Below, piece by piece: positions 12,119 through 24,744 of a stretch of 64,000 nt of DNA. Location: the NCBI RefSeq assembly GCF_006345805.1, contig NC_043020.1, positions 3,782,001 to 3,846,000 on the forward strand. Reading direction: 5' to 3'. The position numbers and the translations under genes are program-made. The notes under the pieces are model-generated. The model saw only the letters and a list, made by a program, of their open reading frames with translations, was not told where the DNA came from and ran no database searches. The stretch's first letter is position 1; each line of letters starts with the position of its first letter. Source of the DNA: Octopus sinensis. Lineage: Eukaryota.

Positions 12119-15100
12119 TGTTTGTATGCACATATGCGTCAGTTCAGAAATCCTCTTGATATCCCAACACAACAAATTCTTTAACTCATCCTCTTGATAC
12201 CAATCCACCTAAGATCACACTACGTTTCCATTCAAAACTGTCCTCCAGTTGTTTTCAATAGACCATTAGTAACAACTTCAGTAAAGCTTCATTATTTGTC
12301 CTTTATAAAAATAAATTTGCTTTCTTTTTCAGACCACCTTGTTCTATAATCTTTCAATTGTTTTGTTCTAATACTGGCGGCAAATTTTTTTTTTGTGAAA
12401 TATGTAGAAAAATAGAAAGATTACGATTCTGAAAAAATTAAATTAAAATTTGTGGTTATTTTTTCCATATTCTTAATCTCCATATTTTCCCACGTAGATT
12501 GATGAATAAAAGAAAAATTCAAAAAAAGTTAAGAAACAAAAAAAAAAAAACCCACTTTAATTTCAGGTGAATAACTTCGTCATATTACTAGGGAAAATTA
12601 CTCTGAAGGAAATCTTTGCAGAAAGGTGAGTGGATTGATTACATTATGTTATCGCAGTTTTGTGAGATTTGGCTGTTATTTCTAGCATGTGAATAACCTG
12701 CTTGAAGGCCTGAGGGTATACTCTTTTACTTGTTTCAGTTATATGACTATGGCCATGCAGGAGCACTGCCTTTAGTCGAGCAAATTGACCCCAGGACTTA
12801 TTCTTTGTAAGCCTAGTACTTATTCTATTGGTCTCTTTTGCCAAACTGCTAAGTTATGTGGATGTAAACACACCAGCATCGATTGTCAAGCGATGTTGGG
12901 GAGACAAACACAGACACGCATACATATATACGGCAGGCTTCTTTCAGTTTCCGTCTACCAAATCCACTCACAAGGCTTTGGTTGGCCCGAGGCTATAGTA
13001 GAAGACATTTGCCCAAGATGCAACACAGTAGGACTGAACCTGGAACCATGTGGTTTGTAAGCAAGCTACTTACCACACAGCCACTCCTGTGCCTATAAAT
13101 ATATTTTTTTTATTTTGTTGAAAAATTGAAATTTTCAGAAACATAATCTTCAGAAACATAATCTTCGTATTTTTCTACGTATTTCGCAGAAATACATTTA
13201 TATATACATGTTACACGTAGATATGAGAGAAAGAGAGATGGATAAATAGATAAATAGATCGAAAAAAAGATGAACAGATGGATAGCTAGCTAGATATATA
13301 GAGAGACAGGCAGTCAAATAAATATACAGACAGACAACTAGATAAATAGCTGGACAGACAGACAGACAGACGAGTAAAGGACAAATAGAAATATATAAAT
13401 TGCCAACCAGACAGAGAGAGATGAATGGATAAGCAGATAAAGAGGAAGACACGTCAATAAACAGAAAGAGAAAAAAAAGATATATGAATTAATAAATCAG
13501 AATGCAAAAAAAAATATGCATGCTTGCAGGACAAACAAATGCATGGTGCAATAAAGTGCAAGACAAAGTTTTTTGTTTTGTTTTAGTCCCAATTAAAACA
13601 TGCTAAAAAATGTTATATTTAATAAACATAATCAAAAATAAAAGCAGAAATGATAGAATAGGATATGCATGTGCAATGCATGTGTAAAAATGTGTTTGAA
13701 TGAGAACGCACATGGAATAAGTACACATGAATGTATGTGTATGTGGTGCATATACATACATATACACATACCATGTGTATGTGTAAATCAGTACACACAC
13801 GTGTCAGCATGGGTATATATGCAAGTCTGTGCATATGAATGTGAATGTATAGAATTACAAGAATAAAGGACTCTCTCACATGGACACACAGACACTGAGA
13901 AAGGCGGGAGTAAACCAGTGTGAATACCTATTGAATTGCTTGCAAGCATGTCACCCAGCTGTCCCTTCCAATTCAAAAGGGGACAAGGAAAGTGTGTAGA
14001 GCAGGTAATGGTGGGGGGGGGGGCAGGTAGGAGTTTCAATTAGCTGATAAGGTGTTTCAATTAGCTGAAAGCAGCTGGTCTGTATCTATTTTCAGGTCAA
14101 TACTTAAGAAACCGACCTGATTAAGACTTTATTCGGAGGGAAACCCCTTTTGTTCCCCTATTTTTGTAGAGACCAGATCTGATATGTATTTTAACTTCAG
14201 TGAGCTTCTTCTTCATCATCATCATCATCATCATCATCAACATTTAATGTCCAGGGCTTTGAAATAAAACCTAGAAGTCACACACGGATAAATTTTTCAC
14301 TATAGACCTTAATGGATAGACTAAAAAAGGTTTTCATAGAGAAAACTGTCCCTGTTCCCACAGCAGACTGCACACACACGGCATTACAAACACAGCCAGC
14401 ACATCCACCTTCACATTCCATGACCACCACTGGGATCGATCAAGTACCGGACAAGGATTCTGGATTATTTTACCGGTTTTTTAAAAATGAATTTTTGAGA
14501 GCGGTTGGGTTCATTTTTAGTATTCTCATTATAAAAATCCTCTCTGGCTAACTGTTGAGAGGACATTGGTGTTGCCTTGGCAGGGGTTTGTGCTGTTTGA
14601 GTGCTCGTTTTAATTATTATAAGCTCTCTTCTGGTTCAAGGAACTTTAGGTTCAAATCCACTCAAGGTGTTTCATTGTATTTCTCAACAAAACATTTGTT
14701 TATTTTATATTATCTTAGTTGCTGCTCAGTTGGCTCCGTGCAAGTCCAGAGCCAAACTCTTTGCCTTCATTCCTAGCAGACCACCAATGTACAACCTGCA
14801 GCAGAACATTCCAAGCACTCATCGGACCGATTGGCAACAGGTGGATGCACCATGACCCATCTTTTTCTCTCATCTGATGTCCTTGGTCATCGTTGACAAT
14901 GACAGACAAATATTATTATTATTTTCATTATTACTATTATTATTATCATCTTAGTTGTTATATAGCTCCTCCCCAACTTGTGCAAGGCTATGTCTGATGT
15001 TGAGTGTTTGTGTGTGAAAATGGTGTGGATTCAAGCATGGCCAAATGATTAAGAAATCTGCTTTGCAATTATAAGCTCATAGGTTTGATCCTATTGCACA

Positions 15101-15509
15101 CCTTGGGCAGGTGTTTTACCAGTCTTGGGTTGACCAAAGGTTTGTCAATGATTTGGGGTAGAGAGAAACTGTGCAGAAGAGAGGGAAAGAACTAAACGAA
15201 TGATTCAAAGGCCTGGCCTTGTCTGTATAGCATCCATAGTTATAAGAGTATATATGTGTGTGTGTGTGTGTGTAAATATGAAAGTGTGTTTATGCCAATG
15301 TGTGTGTGTGTATGAGTACATATAAAAGTATATTTAATGTTCACTGTGTAAATACAATAGTATATTTATGCCAATATAAGTGCATTTGTGCGTTTAAATA
15401 CAAGTGCATCTATGTTCATATAAGTGCATGTGCGTGTGAGCGTGTAAATATGCGTAATTGTAACAAAAGAAGGCAACTTAGTAAAACATACAAAAAACAA
15501 TAAACTTAC

Positions 15510-15629
15510 CAATAATTTTCTTTCTCATATATGGTACCAACAGGAAATAGACTCCCAAGGCAACCAAAATTCCAACACCAAATGTAATGATGAAGACACC
15601 ATAGAGAGGGATTTTGTCAAATCCAAGCA
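15510..15629 (-). CDS. SLC20A: SLC20/PiT coding exon 6
   Basis: Acceptor TTTTTCAG|TG; reads (L)LGFDKIPLYGVFIITFGVGILVALGVYFLLVPYMRKKII; LGFDK motif plus a transmembrane helix; donor G|GTAAGT; 120 nt. Confidence 0.94.
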
Positions 15630-15641
15630 CTGAAAAATAGT

Positions 15642-15696
<55 letters not shown>

Positions 15697-16609
15697 TTTA
15701 TGATGAATACTTGCAGAAATACAATGGGAGGTAGGTAACAAGTTGAAAGGTTAAAATCTCTTATCTGAAATTTTTCATTATCTGAGATTCGTATTTTACA
15801 GCCAAGGTATTGAAATGGAATAGGCGGGTCAACATGCGTGCATTAGTTTATATAGGGTGGTGGTGGGGAAGTAGGAAATCAAAATCAAATTCGATGACTG
15901 GCATCTGTGCTAGCGGGGTGCAAAGAGCACCATACGAGTGTGATCGTTGACAGAGCAGCTAACCAGCTTCCGTGCCAGTGGCACATAAAAGGGCACCATT
16001 CGAGCGTGATCGTTACCAGCGTCGCCTTACTGACACTTGTGCCCATGCTAGTAGGGTGCCAAGAGCACCATCCAAGCGTGATCGTTGCCAGAGCAGCCAA
16101 CTGGCTCCGTGCCATAGCACATAAAAGGGCACCATTCGAGCGTGATCATTACCAACGTCGCCTTATGGCACCTGTACCAGTGGCATGTGTAAAAAGATTC
16201 GAGCGAGGTCATTGCCAGTACCGCCTGACTGGCCCCCGTGCCGGTGGCATGTAAAAGCACCCACTACACTCTCGGAGTGGTTGGCTTTGGGAAGGGCATC
16301 CAGCTGTAGAAACTCTGCCAGATCAAGATTGGAGTCTGGCTCGCCAGTCCTCAGTCAAAATCGTCCAACCCATGCTAGCATGGAAAGCGGACATTAAACA
16401 ATGATGATTATTATTATTATTATTTCAGGGCCGATAAAATAAGTACTAGTGAAACACTGGGGGGGGGGGGGTGTCAATATAATCGACTGGTCTCCTTCCC
16501 CAAAATTTCAGGTCTTGTGCCTATAGTAGAAAGGATTATTATCTAGTTACATCTCTTAGCTATACACAAATATAAAAGAGCTAATATAAAGGAGGTTTTA
16601 AGGACTTAC

Positions 16610-16706
16610 ATTCAGATCCTTCAAAGAAGATAGAAAAAAGATTGACAGCAACTGTTGAGGCATAAAATATTGGAAGAAACTTTAAACCAGGTTCCAAAGA
16701 ATTTGC
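16610..16706 (-). CDS. SLC20A: SLC20/PiT coding exon 5
   Basis: Acceptor TTTTGCAG|GCA; reads ANSLEPGLKFLPIFYASTVAVNLFSIFFEGSE(L), like vertebrate NGLRALPVFYACTVGINLFSI; donor T|GTAAGT; 97 nt, phase 0-1. Not in the supplied ORF track. Confidence 0.94.
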
Positions 16707-17714
16707 CTGCAAAATGAAGGAAATAAATATACATGCAAACATCAATACAAACACACACACACAGAATTTCTACATCAATGATTAGGAATAGGTGTAACAC
16801 TTCAACACCTGATTCTATTTTTCCCCATTCATTACCACTAATAATTATATATCATATTATCATTATTGAGTGAAATATCTTCAAATAATACAACACATTT
16901 AAATTGATGGGGTTTTTCTAAGGATGTGAGCAGTACCTGTCAGCACAATCTTTTGGATTTCTGAGACATGGTTCTCCTGGGATGTTATCTAGATGTTTCT
17001 GACATCTCTTTTTATCATAGAAAATATTATCGTTATTATTAGTAGTAGCAGCAGCAGTATGTGGAGCTGATAGAATCGGTAGCACACTGGGCAAAATACT
17101 TAGCATTTTGTCTTTTTGCAGTTGATAAAATAAGTACCAGTTGAGCACTACGGTGAATGTAATCGACTTAACCCACCCCCAAAATTGGCGGCCTTGTGCC
17201 AAAACTTGAAACTATACCTAGGGCACCTACATTAACAGGAATAGTTCTTATTTTAAGATACCACATCGTTTGTATTTCAATTTCCAGCTCCTTATATTTA
17301 CTTAATTTGTCAAATTCCTTTACAGATATATTTTTATCAGTGGGAACACTTACAGCTATTTAGTCTACAAATATTTCTTGCTTGTCTTTAACGATTATGT
17401 CTGGTTAATTAATCTGAATCATTCTGTCGGTGTTGACTGGAAAATCTCAGAGTATGGTGACATTTTTATCTTCAACAACTGGCTCAGAATGATGTTCATA
17501 CCGGGAAGCAGAAATGCCAGTTTTGTAGTGTTTACATAGTTTCCAATGTAAATACTGACCTTACCCTATTGTGGTGATTTTTGTATTTGTTTGGTGTCAG
17601 TACAGGACATCTTGATACGGAATGGTCCATTGCTTTGTCAAATGTGTTGCAGAATCTGTATTTAGGGTCATCCCATATAGGTCAGCCACATTTAGGTAGC
17701 AAATATACTTCACG

Positions 17715-17751
<37 letters not shown>

Positions 17752-17755
<4 letters not shown>

Positions 17756-18046
17756 TAAGCAATAGGTTATCATGTAGTGATGCAGTACAACCGTTTTAAG
17801 TGGGTCCATTTAATTGAACAATGCAATCATTGCATGAATTTAAATGCAGTGCCATCTTCTTGCTCTGTTAAAATATTTGAGAAAAATTATATCAGTGTGT
17901 CCGATTGGTCAAAATTCTATTTATTTATTTGTGCAGCCAAGGAGTGCTCCACATTTAAATTGATGTAATGATTGCATTGTTCAAGTAAATGGAGTTGCTG
18001 GAAACGGTCGTACTGCATCACTACTTGATATCCTGTCGCTTATTTT
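17752..18046. mobile_element. Fold-back/MITE-like element with about 95-bp imperfect terminal inverted repeats beside (TA)n
   Basis: Arms 17752-17846 and 17952-18046 are reverse complements; related single arms follow (TA)n at about 22988 and 23342. Confidence 0.75.
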
Positions 18047-18821
18047 GATTTTATTCACCTTACTTCGAGCAGTGTGAATAATAACGGACTGACTTGGTGC
18101 TTCGATTTAAGTGCCTAAATCAACTGAATCTCAATTATTTCTTTATATATATATATATATATATCTTAAAGCTAGTTATGGCTGGTCTTTGAGGCTAACC
18201 AGGGTTTCACATCCATGATTACTCTGCTGTTCTCTAACTTTTGCTCTATAAATTGCAGTATGCTTCTCCTTCAGATTTATGATTTACTGATGGTATACAT
18301 ACAAACATCATCATCATCATTTAGTGTCCGCTGGCATGGGGTGGATTGTTTGACTGGGCTGGCATGCGGAAGGCTGTGCCATGATCCAGTCTGATTTGGC
18401 ATTGTTTTCTATGGTTGGATGCCTTTCCTAATGCCAACCCCTCCAAGACTGTAATGGGTGCTTATACATTCCACCAGCACAGGTGCCATTTGCATGACAC
18501 CAGTATCTGCCATGACTGCGATTTTGCTCAGCTTGATGGGTCTTCCTTCTCAAGCAGAGCAAATTGCCGAAGGTCTTGGTCATTGCTTCCATGAGGCCCA
18601 ACACTTGAAAGAAACACAGCCAACTGACCTCCGTAAGGCCCAAACACTCAAGAGGAACTCAGCCACTTTAAAGTCTCATTTCCAAGAACTAAAACAGATT
18701 TGACAACTGTGTCGCTTCTTCTCTATTGGTGAAGTTCATGTCAACCATTCTACGAACATTTCTTTGACCATCAAATCAGCAATCATGCATTAATTTTTTT
18801 TTTGTGGGTCAAATTGTGTGT

Positions 18822-18914
<93 letters not shown>

Positions 18915-18961
18915 GAGGGAGCATGTGTATGCAAACATATAGAAAGAAAAGTAGCACTTAC

Positions 18962-19047
18962 AGCATTGAGGACGAAGTATCTGATGAGAATGAATATGCC
19001 AGTTGAGACGAGGCCTGAGAGGAGGGGAGATATGAACCAGGAACTGA
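18962..19047 (-). CDS. SLC20A: SLC20/PiT coding exon 4
   Basis: Acceptor TACAG|TC; reads (I)SSWFISPLLSGLVSTGIFILIRYFVLNA, containing the SWFISPLLSG motif; donor GCT|GTAAGT; 86 nt, phase 1-0. Confidence 0.95.
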
Positions 19048-19142
19048 CTGTAGAAGAAAAAAGAATATCAATCAATATGATGATTGTTACATTGGGGGAT
19101 GGGTCATATTTTGCCAATTGAACACATGCACTGTACATTTGC

Positions 19143-19360
19143 TCTTCACTTCAGCTTTGTTAATATTACTTTAGTTTCTTTGTCAAAGCTCTTTCGTCAC
19201 ACGTCTTGTGACCTCTTCAGCAACTCTGAATCCCACATTCCCATGGGATTCAGAGAGTCACTGAAGGGGTCACATGGGATAGAGAATGATTGAGAATGAC
19301 ATGTGATGAAAGAGCTTTGACAAAGAAACTAAAGTAATATTAATAAAGCTAAAGTGAAGA
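19143..19360. repeat. Fold-back palindrome (about 90-bp arms) in SLC20A intron 3
   Basis: TCTTCACTTCAGCTTTGTTAATATTACTTTAG...CTAAAGTAATATTAATAAAGCTAAAGTGAAGA; centre near 19236-19243. Confidence 0.9.
19182..19224 (-). ncRNA. Minimal hammerhead-like motif on the SLC20A pre-mRNA strand (intron 3); degenerate mirror copy on + at 19257-19321
   Basis: Minus strand GUUG-CUGAAGA-G-GUCACA-AGACG-UGUGAC-GAAA-GAGCU-U-UGAC. The plus-strand arm has GUCA/UGAC stem I, core CUGAAGG and a 7-bp stem II. Confidence 0.5.
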
Positions 19361-19388
19361 CCAAATGGATATAGGGTGCATGGTGTAA

Positions 19389-19607
19389 CCCTTTAGCATT
19401 CAGATTTCTTCGTTAAATGCAATGCTAATTTATTCGCATTGCTTTGAATTAATTAAGCATTATCTTGTAGCTTCAACATTTCAATGATGTGTTTGTATAT
19501 TTTTAGAATGACTTTGTAGAGTTGGTGTGAGAGGTTGGATCTGGTCAGATTTAACATAAAACAAGTAGGACATTTGGGCCAGATATGACCAGATTAATGC
19601 TAAAGGG
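19389..19607. mobile_element. TTAA-type (piggyBac-like) MITE, family CCCTTTAGCATT..AATGCTAAAGGG
   Basis: Short TIRs, right-hand TTAA. Partial relatives at about 19960-20075, 32000-32190, 47300-47648, 50760-50985 and 63350-63545. Confidence 0.7.
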
Positions 19608-19786
19608 TTAATTGGCAAATATGACCACCCCATGTATTACAATATCTGTTACAACTCAAGAAAAAAAAGTACCAGACAAAATGGGAAATAAATAAATTTA
19701 AAGAGAAAAAAAAATCCTGTCTAATATGAAAGATGGGTCTGTGGTTGTGATTTTGGTGGTTAGGGTTAGGGTTATAAATTACTTAC

Positions 19787-19927
19787 TGATAATTCCTAAT
19801 TTTGACCATTTCACTCCTTTTGAACCATGAGCAACTAGGGCAAAACCAAGGGTAGACCCTACTATACTGTGTGTGGCAGAGACTGGAAGACGGAAGAATG
19901 TTGCAAGGAGAAGCCAGAAGCAGGAAC
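19787..19927 (-). CDS. SLC20A: SLC20/PiT coding exon 3
   Basis: Acceptor after a polypyrimidine tract, CCTAG|GT; reads (G)[46 protein letters not shown], containing the LPVSxTHxIVG motif; donor A|GTAAGT; 141 nt. Confidence 0.96.
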
Positions 19928-20305
19928 CTAGGAAAAAAGAAGAAAAAAAGACTTTCATGTTATATTTTAAGAATGACATTGTAAGGTAGGTGTGAGAGGT
20001 TTGATCTGGTCAGTTTTAATGTAAAACAGGTAAAATATTTGGACCAGATATGGGTGGATTAAATGCTAAAGGGTCAAGGATCATGTCCAAATATGTTACT
20101 ATATAGATATCAAGGGTTCAGTCTAATACTTTAGGTTACCTGTCAAGGGCTCTGTCTGAAATGTTAGAATTCATATTTCCTTATGGCACACAAAATTATT
20201 CTAACATCAGAAATTTATTAAAAGTTTTAATTTCAGCAGCAGAAATATGAAAGGAAAAGTCAACTTAATCAGGATTTGAACTGAAAATAACAAGACAACA
20301 CCTAC

Positions 20306-20407
20306 CCGTGACACTGGCAACATTGCCCATCATCAGGACCTCCTCTGTCCCATTGTAAGGTGTCACATCTATTATGCCTTTCCGTATTGTATCTGAAACT
20401 CGTGCAC
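20306..20407 (-). CDS. SLC20A: SLC20/PiT coding exon 2
   Basis: Acceptor TCTAG|GT; reads (G)ARVSDTIRKGIIDVTPYNGTEEVLMMGNVASVT(G); donor G|GTAGG; 102 nt, phase 1-1; resembles the vertebrate GAKVSETIRKGLID segment. Confidence 0.95.
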
Positions 20408-21449
20408 CTAGACAGAAATAATGAGAATCCTGGTTTGAAAGTTGCAAAAATGAGAGTGTGTGTGTATGTGTAGATATGTATAAGTATATGTATGTGTTAC
20501 AGGTGCATGTTTGTGCTTAAAGCATATGTGAATATCTCTGCATCTATATGCAAGTGTATGCTTGAGAAATACGAGAGAAATGTTAAGAAAAATATAGTTC
20601 CCAATGATCCCTCATTTCAGTAGTGAAGTACCATTTACCTAGATGGTACTTCATTATGTAGACGACTTAGAAGAGACTATATTGTATTATAACCCCATGT
20701 CCAGTTCTTCATTACCAGGACATTGACTCTAGAATTCTCTCCTTGTACACATTTTAAGGCGGAATGCTTAGCGGTAGAAATATATATTGTATTATAAAGC
20801 CAAGAACCATATGGCTATGTTGAAAAACTATCGTATAAAAATAAAACTACCGTATATACTTGACTATAAAATGCCCCCACCTATAACACCCCCCCACACA
20901 TACACTCCAACTTACAAGGTTCAAATTGACAATTTTATCATTGACCTAACTATAAGTTGCAGTGATCTTTTTTATGTTGGAGAGCAAAGTTCAATTAGGA
21001 ATCGCACCAACAGAGTTGTTGTTCGGTAACCAAGCTTTCACTGAACTGAAGATGACTTACAACAACCGTTGCCCCATTAAGTCCAAGAATTTTAGAAACT
21101 GTTGTTCATAATGTAAAACAAATAAAAAGAAGAGTAATTAGGAGATAGAGAAGGGACACAATAAAGAAAAAACTGTTGAGGTTCAACTTCAGGCCAACAA
21201 ACAGACCTATTGTGAAAGGCTTTCCAACCATGACCAATCCTGTCTTTTAAGAATATCTATGACTATATCACTTAAAGGGTATTTTATATTTAAGATTGCA
21301 AGGTGTGATATAAGAAAGGGAAAAAGTCGAATGAAAAACTAAAAGACGATGAAGGTGGCAATGAAGAAGAGAAAAGAGTACAAGAAGGAAAAAACAGAAA
21401 CAAAAATAAAAAAAAAAAAGGAAAGGAAAAGAAATAAGCTGTTCCTTAC

Positions 21450-21639
21450 CAAGCAAAATGGCTCCAAGAGTTTCGAAAATTGTAGCTAGAATGCAGGCCT
21501 GTTTTAGAGTCAGAACTTTGGCTCCAACCGAAGTACCAAAGGAGTTTGCAACATCATTAGCACCGATGCCAAATGCCAGAACAAAGGCAATGACAAATCC
21601 TACAACTACCATCCATAACCAGTTTTCTGGGATGTCCAT
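21450..21639 (-). CDS. SLC20A: SLC20/PiT (PHO4 family) Na+-dependent phosphate transporter, first recognised coding exon
   Basis: Translates [63 protein letters not shown](G) with the GANDVAN signature. Donor G|GTAAGG at 21450/21449, phase 1. SLC20A1 versus SLC20A2 orthology cannot be assigned. Confidence 0.96.
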
Positions 21640-22304
21640 TTTGGGAATGGTTGTGGTGGTGGTGAAAGTGGAGATGGATGGATGGATGGATGGGGGGGAA
21701 ATTAGAAACCTAATTAAATTGAACGTGTCAAAATAATACCAGCTGGAGCACTACCACTATGGATTGTGGTACTGATGATGAAGGTGTGGCTGTTGGTGGT
21801 GGTGGTGGTGGTGGCAAGTGCTGGTGGTATTGAGCTTGGTGGTGATGGTAAAAACAAACCAAAGTAACAATAAATATAAATGAAAACTAAAACACCCACA
21901 GCCTGAACAATACCCACCTCGTTCTTAAGATGGAGAGGATGGTAGTGATGGTGGAAATGAAGATGGTGAATGATGGTGGTAGGGGCTGTGTTGAGATATA
22001 AGAAGCACCACAGGAGGTTTTTTTTGTTGTTGTTTCTTTTTGTCAATTGGAAGGCAGCTTAGCAGCAAATGTATATCAAAAAGGAAAGGTTGGGTTTCTT
22101 GGGGTTTGAGGCTTAAGGATGAATGGGCAAAAATTAAAATATATATATTATTTTTCTTTGTTCTTCAGTGATTTTGTTGGTAATAGATGGTTTCTGGGCT
22201 GAAATGGAATAATAAAAAATTTTTTTATTCATACACAGACAGAGGGACAAAAAAATGAAACACAAAATATATATCGCCATGATAGATCGTTAGCCACTAC
22301 ACAT

Positions 22305-22462
22305 TTTTTTCTCTCCTTGTTTTTTCTGTGTCCCTTTCTGTAGAAGAGCGTAGGCTCGAAACATAAAAGACTTTTTCTATTCCTGAGCGTTATACTAATA
22401 CATCTGTTTATTTTGTACACCACCTGTCTTCGTCTTTTGTTTTTTTTCGTAAACTCTCCCTA
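22305..22462 (+). mobile_element. Short (TA)n-associated element with a minimal hammerhead-like motif, copy 2
   Basis: Direct-orientation copy of 61-222 with few substitutions; core CUGUAGAA at 22338-45; ends in (TA)n. Confidence 0.6.
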
Positions 22463-22476
22463 TATATATATATATA

Positions 22477-22745
22477 GTCTGATCAATAAGTATCTGGACT
22501 GTTGCCATAGTAACAAAACTAAAGCACACAGAGTGAAGCTGCTAGGCACAGACTGACCTTGAACTCTGCTATGTATGTGCACTAAGCTAGAATGTCTAGC
22601 TTACTCCTGCTGTTTACAGCAGTGCTTGAAAGGAATGTGTGTAGTGTGTGATCATTGCATTGATCATGGCAGAGAAGGCTGAGCAGAGAACCTGCATCAA
22701 ATTTTGTCAAAAACTAGGCGAAAGCTGCTCAGAGACCTACAATCA
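22477..22745 (+). mobile_element. mariner 5' fragment
   Basis: GTCTGATCAATAAGTATCTGGACT terminus after (TA)n; start of transposase MAEKAEQRTCIKFCQKLGESCSETY. Confidence 0.75.
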
Positions 22746-23905
22746 AGGAGATCTTGTGCAACTGTGATTTTCATGTTCACCTTGTATTCTAAAGAATTTA
22801 TTTAAAATTGGACAAAAAAATCATACAAAAATACGTTGGACAAAGTGACATCGGACAAAAAGTCAGGTCACGATATATATATATATATTGTTGGTATGGC
22901 TGGCAGTAATGATTCATGCATACATATTTACACATGTACATATATGTAACAAATAAACATATATGTATGATATATATATATATATAATCAAAATAAGCAA
23001 CAAGGATATCCAAGGTAGTGTAGTACAATCGTTTCATGCTACTTCATTTTATTAAACACTGTAAGTATTACATCAGTTTTAAAATGTTGAGCAATCTTTA
23101 GCCACATATAGAATTTTTTAATTAAACGGATAATGCACATTTTTATACTTATTTCATTTGCCAACATTACAAAGAGGGTAGCTATATAGACAGAGAGATT
23201 AATTTCATTATTAAGAACATGGCACTAGAAGGTCCTTCTCCATCTGTAGATTTTTTTATCACTGAGTTCACTTTGCTATTTAGATCTATCAGTGGGGAGG
23301 GAGTTTCTATTCTTGGTTCACATATATATATATATATCTAAAGCAAATAAGTAACAAGGACGTCCAAGTATCAGTGCACTACAGCTGTTTCAAGTGGAAT
23401 CATTTAACTGATCATTGAAAACATTACATCAATTTGAAACAAACCACTCTCCTCGGACGCAGATCACGATATAGGTTTCCAGTATAAAGGATACACCGTT
23501 ATTTTTTAACAAATTTTCATCAGTACAAGAGACTAATATAATTACATTGTTTTCTCTTGCAATTTTTGTGGCAGAATGAATTTACGGAAAGAAATATATA
23601 ACTAAAGCCTACTTTAATTTAGAGTGGCAGAGAAAAGTAATGGGTTCAAGAAAGTTGAAAGGGGATATAGCTACATTTATATTTGCCTTTATCACATTAA
23701 AATGGCATAGTTTTATATTGTTTTACTTGTTTTGGTCATGTGAGTGCAGCCATGCTGGAGCACTGCATTTACACAAAGAAACCGACCACAGGATTTATTC
23801 TTTGTAAGCCTTAGTACTTAGTCTATCGGATTGTTTTGCCAAATGGCTAAGTTACAGGGATGTAAACAAAGTAACATCAGTTGTCAAACGATGATGGGGT
23901 GTACA

Positions 23906-23943
<38 letters not shown>

Positions 23944-23944
23944 T

Positions 23945-24103
23945 AGGCGTAGGAGTGGCTGTGTGGTAAGTAGCTTGCTTACAAACCACATGGTTCCAAG
24001 TTCAGTCCCACTGCACGTCACCTTGGGTGAGTGTCTTCTACTATAGCCTCGAGCTGACCAAAGTCTTGAATAGATTTGGTAGACAGAAACTGAAAGAAGC
24101 CCG

Positions 24104-24153
<50 letters not shown>

Positions 24154-24360
24154 ATGTTTTGTGTGTCTCTGTCTGTTCCCCCAACATCGCTTGACAACCA
24201 ATGCTGGTGTGTTTATGTCCCCGTAACTTAGCGGTTCGGTAAAAGAGGCCGATAGAATAAGTACTAAGCTTACTAAGAATAAGTCCTGGGGTCAATTTGC
24301 TCGACTAAAGGTGGTGCTCCAGCAAGGCCACAGTCAAATGACTGAAACAAGTAAAAGAGT
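23945..24360 (+). mobile_element. tRNA-headed SINE with internal microsatellite (related copies at about 12745-13095 -, 25330-25770 +, 30500-30655 -, 56700-57075 +)
   Basis: GGAGTGGCTGTGTGGTAAG A-box region, GTTCAGTCCCACTGC B-box, CACCTTGGG..GTCTTCTACTATAGCC body, ATGACTGAAACAAGTAAAAG tail. Confidence 0.8.
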
Positions 24361-24368
24361 AAGAGAGA

Positions 24369-24402
<34 letters not shown>

Positions 24403-24682
24403 CAAATAAGAAAATGGAGAAACAAATTTGGTTTGTTCATCAACTTTCGGATATTATAATGTTGGATTATTTATTCATTTTACAAATGAGAACATCAAAA
24501 GCATACAAAATATTATATAAATCAATATCCCATACTGGGTTACACCCATAACCCCTATCTTACTTTGTATATATATATATATATATATGTAGGTCCCGGG
24601 TTAAGTCGGGGTTAACCACAGTAAATAAGGTACTCAATACATAGCAGAGTAAATTAATTTATTTTATAGAAGGAGCTTCTAC

Positions 24683-24739
24683 AGGAGCTTCCTGATGATT
24701 TCATTTGAATGAAACAGTTCTAGTCCTGTAGAAGCTCCT
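24683..24739 (+). ncRNA. Type I hammerhead ribozyme candidate in a (TA)n-flanked short element
   Basis: Stem I AGGAGCUUC(24683-91)/GAAGCUCCU(24731-39), 9 bp; CUGAUGA 24692-98; stem II UUC/GAA with a U.U closing mismatch; GAAA 24711-14; stem III ACAG/CUGU; GUA cleavage after 24730. Confidence 0.75.
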
Positions 24740-24744
24740 TCTAT

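Noticed and set aside
14700-14860. ECLECSAA..YIG-like minus-strand remnant suggesting a second GIY-YIG
   Set aside because: Needs a frameshift and lacks the downstream R..EH and E motifs; too degraded to support.
18981-19000. CTGATGA on the plus strand
   Set aside because: Antisense of SLC20A exon 4 coding sequence; no GAAA or helices.
19760-19773. TTAGGGTTAGGG telomere-like motif
   Set aside because: Only two units; expected by chance.
23945-24015. tRNA-like heads here and at other SINEs
   Set aside because: A/B boxes are present but no complete cloverleaf; they continue into SINE bodies, so they are not called tRNA genes.
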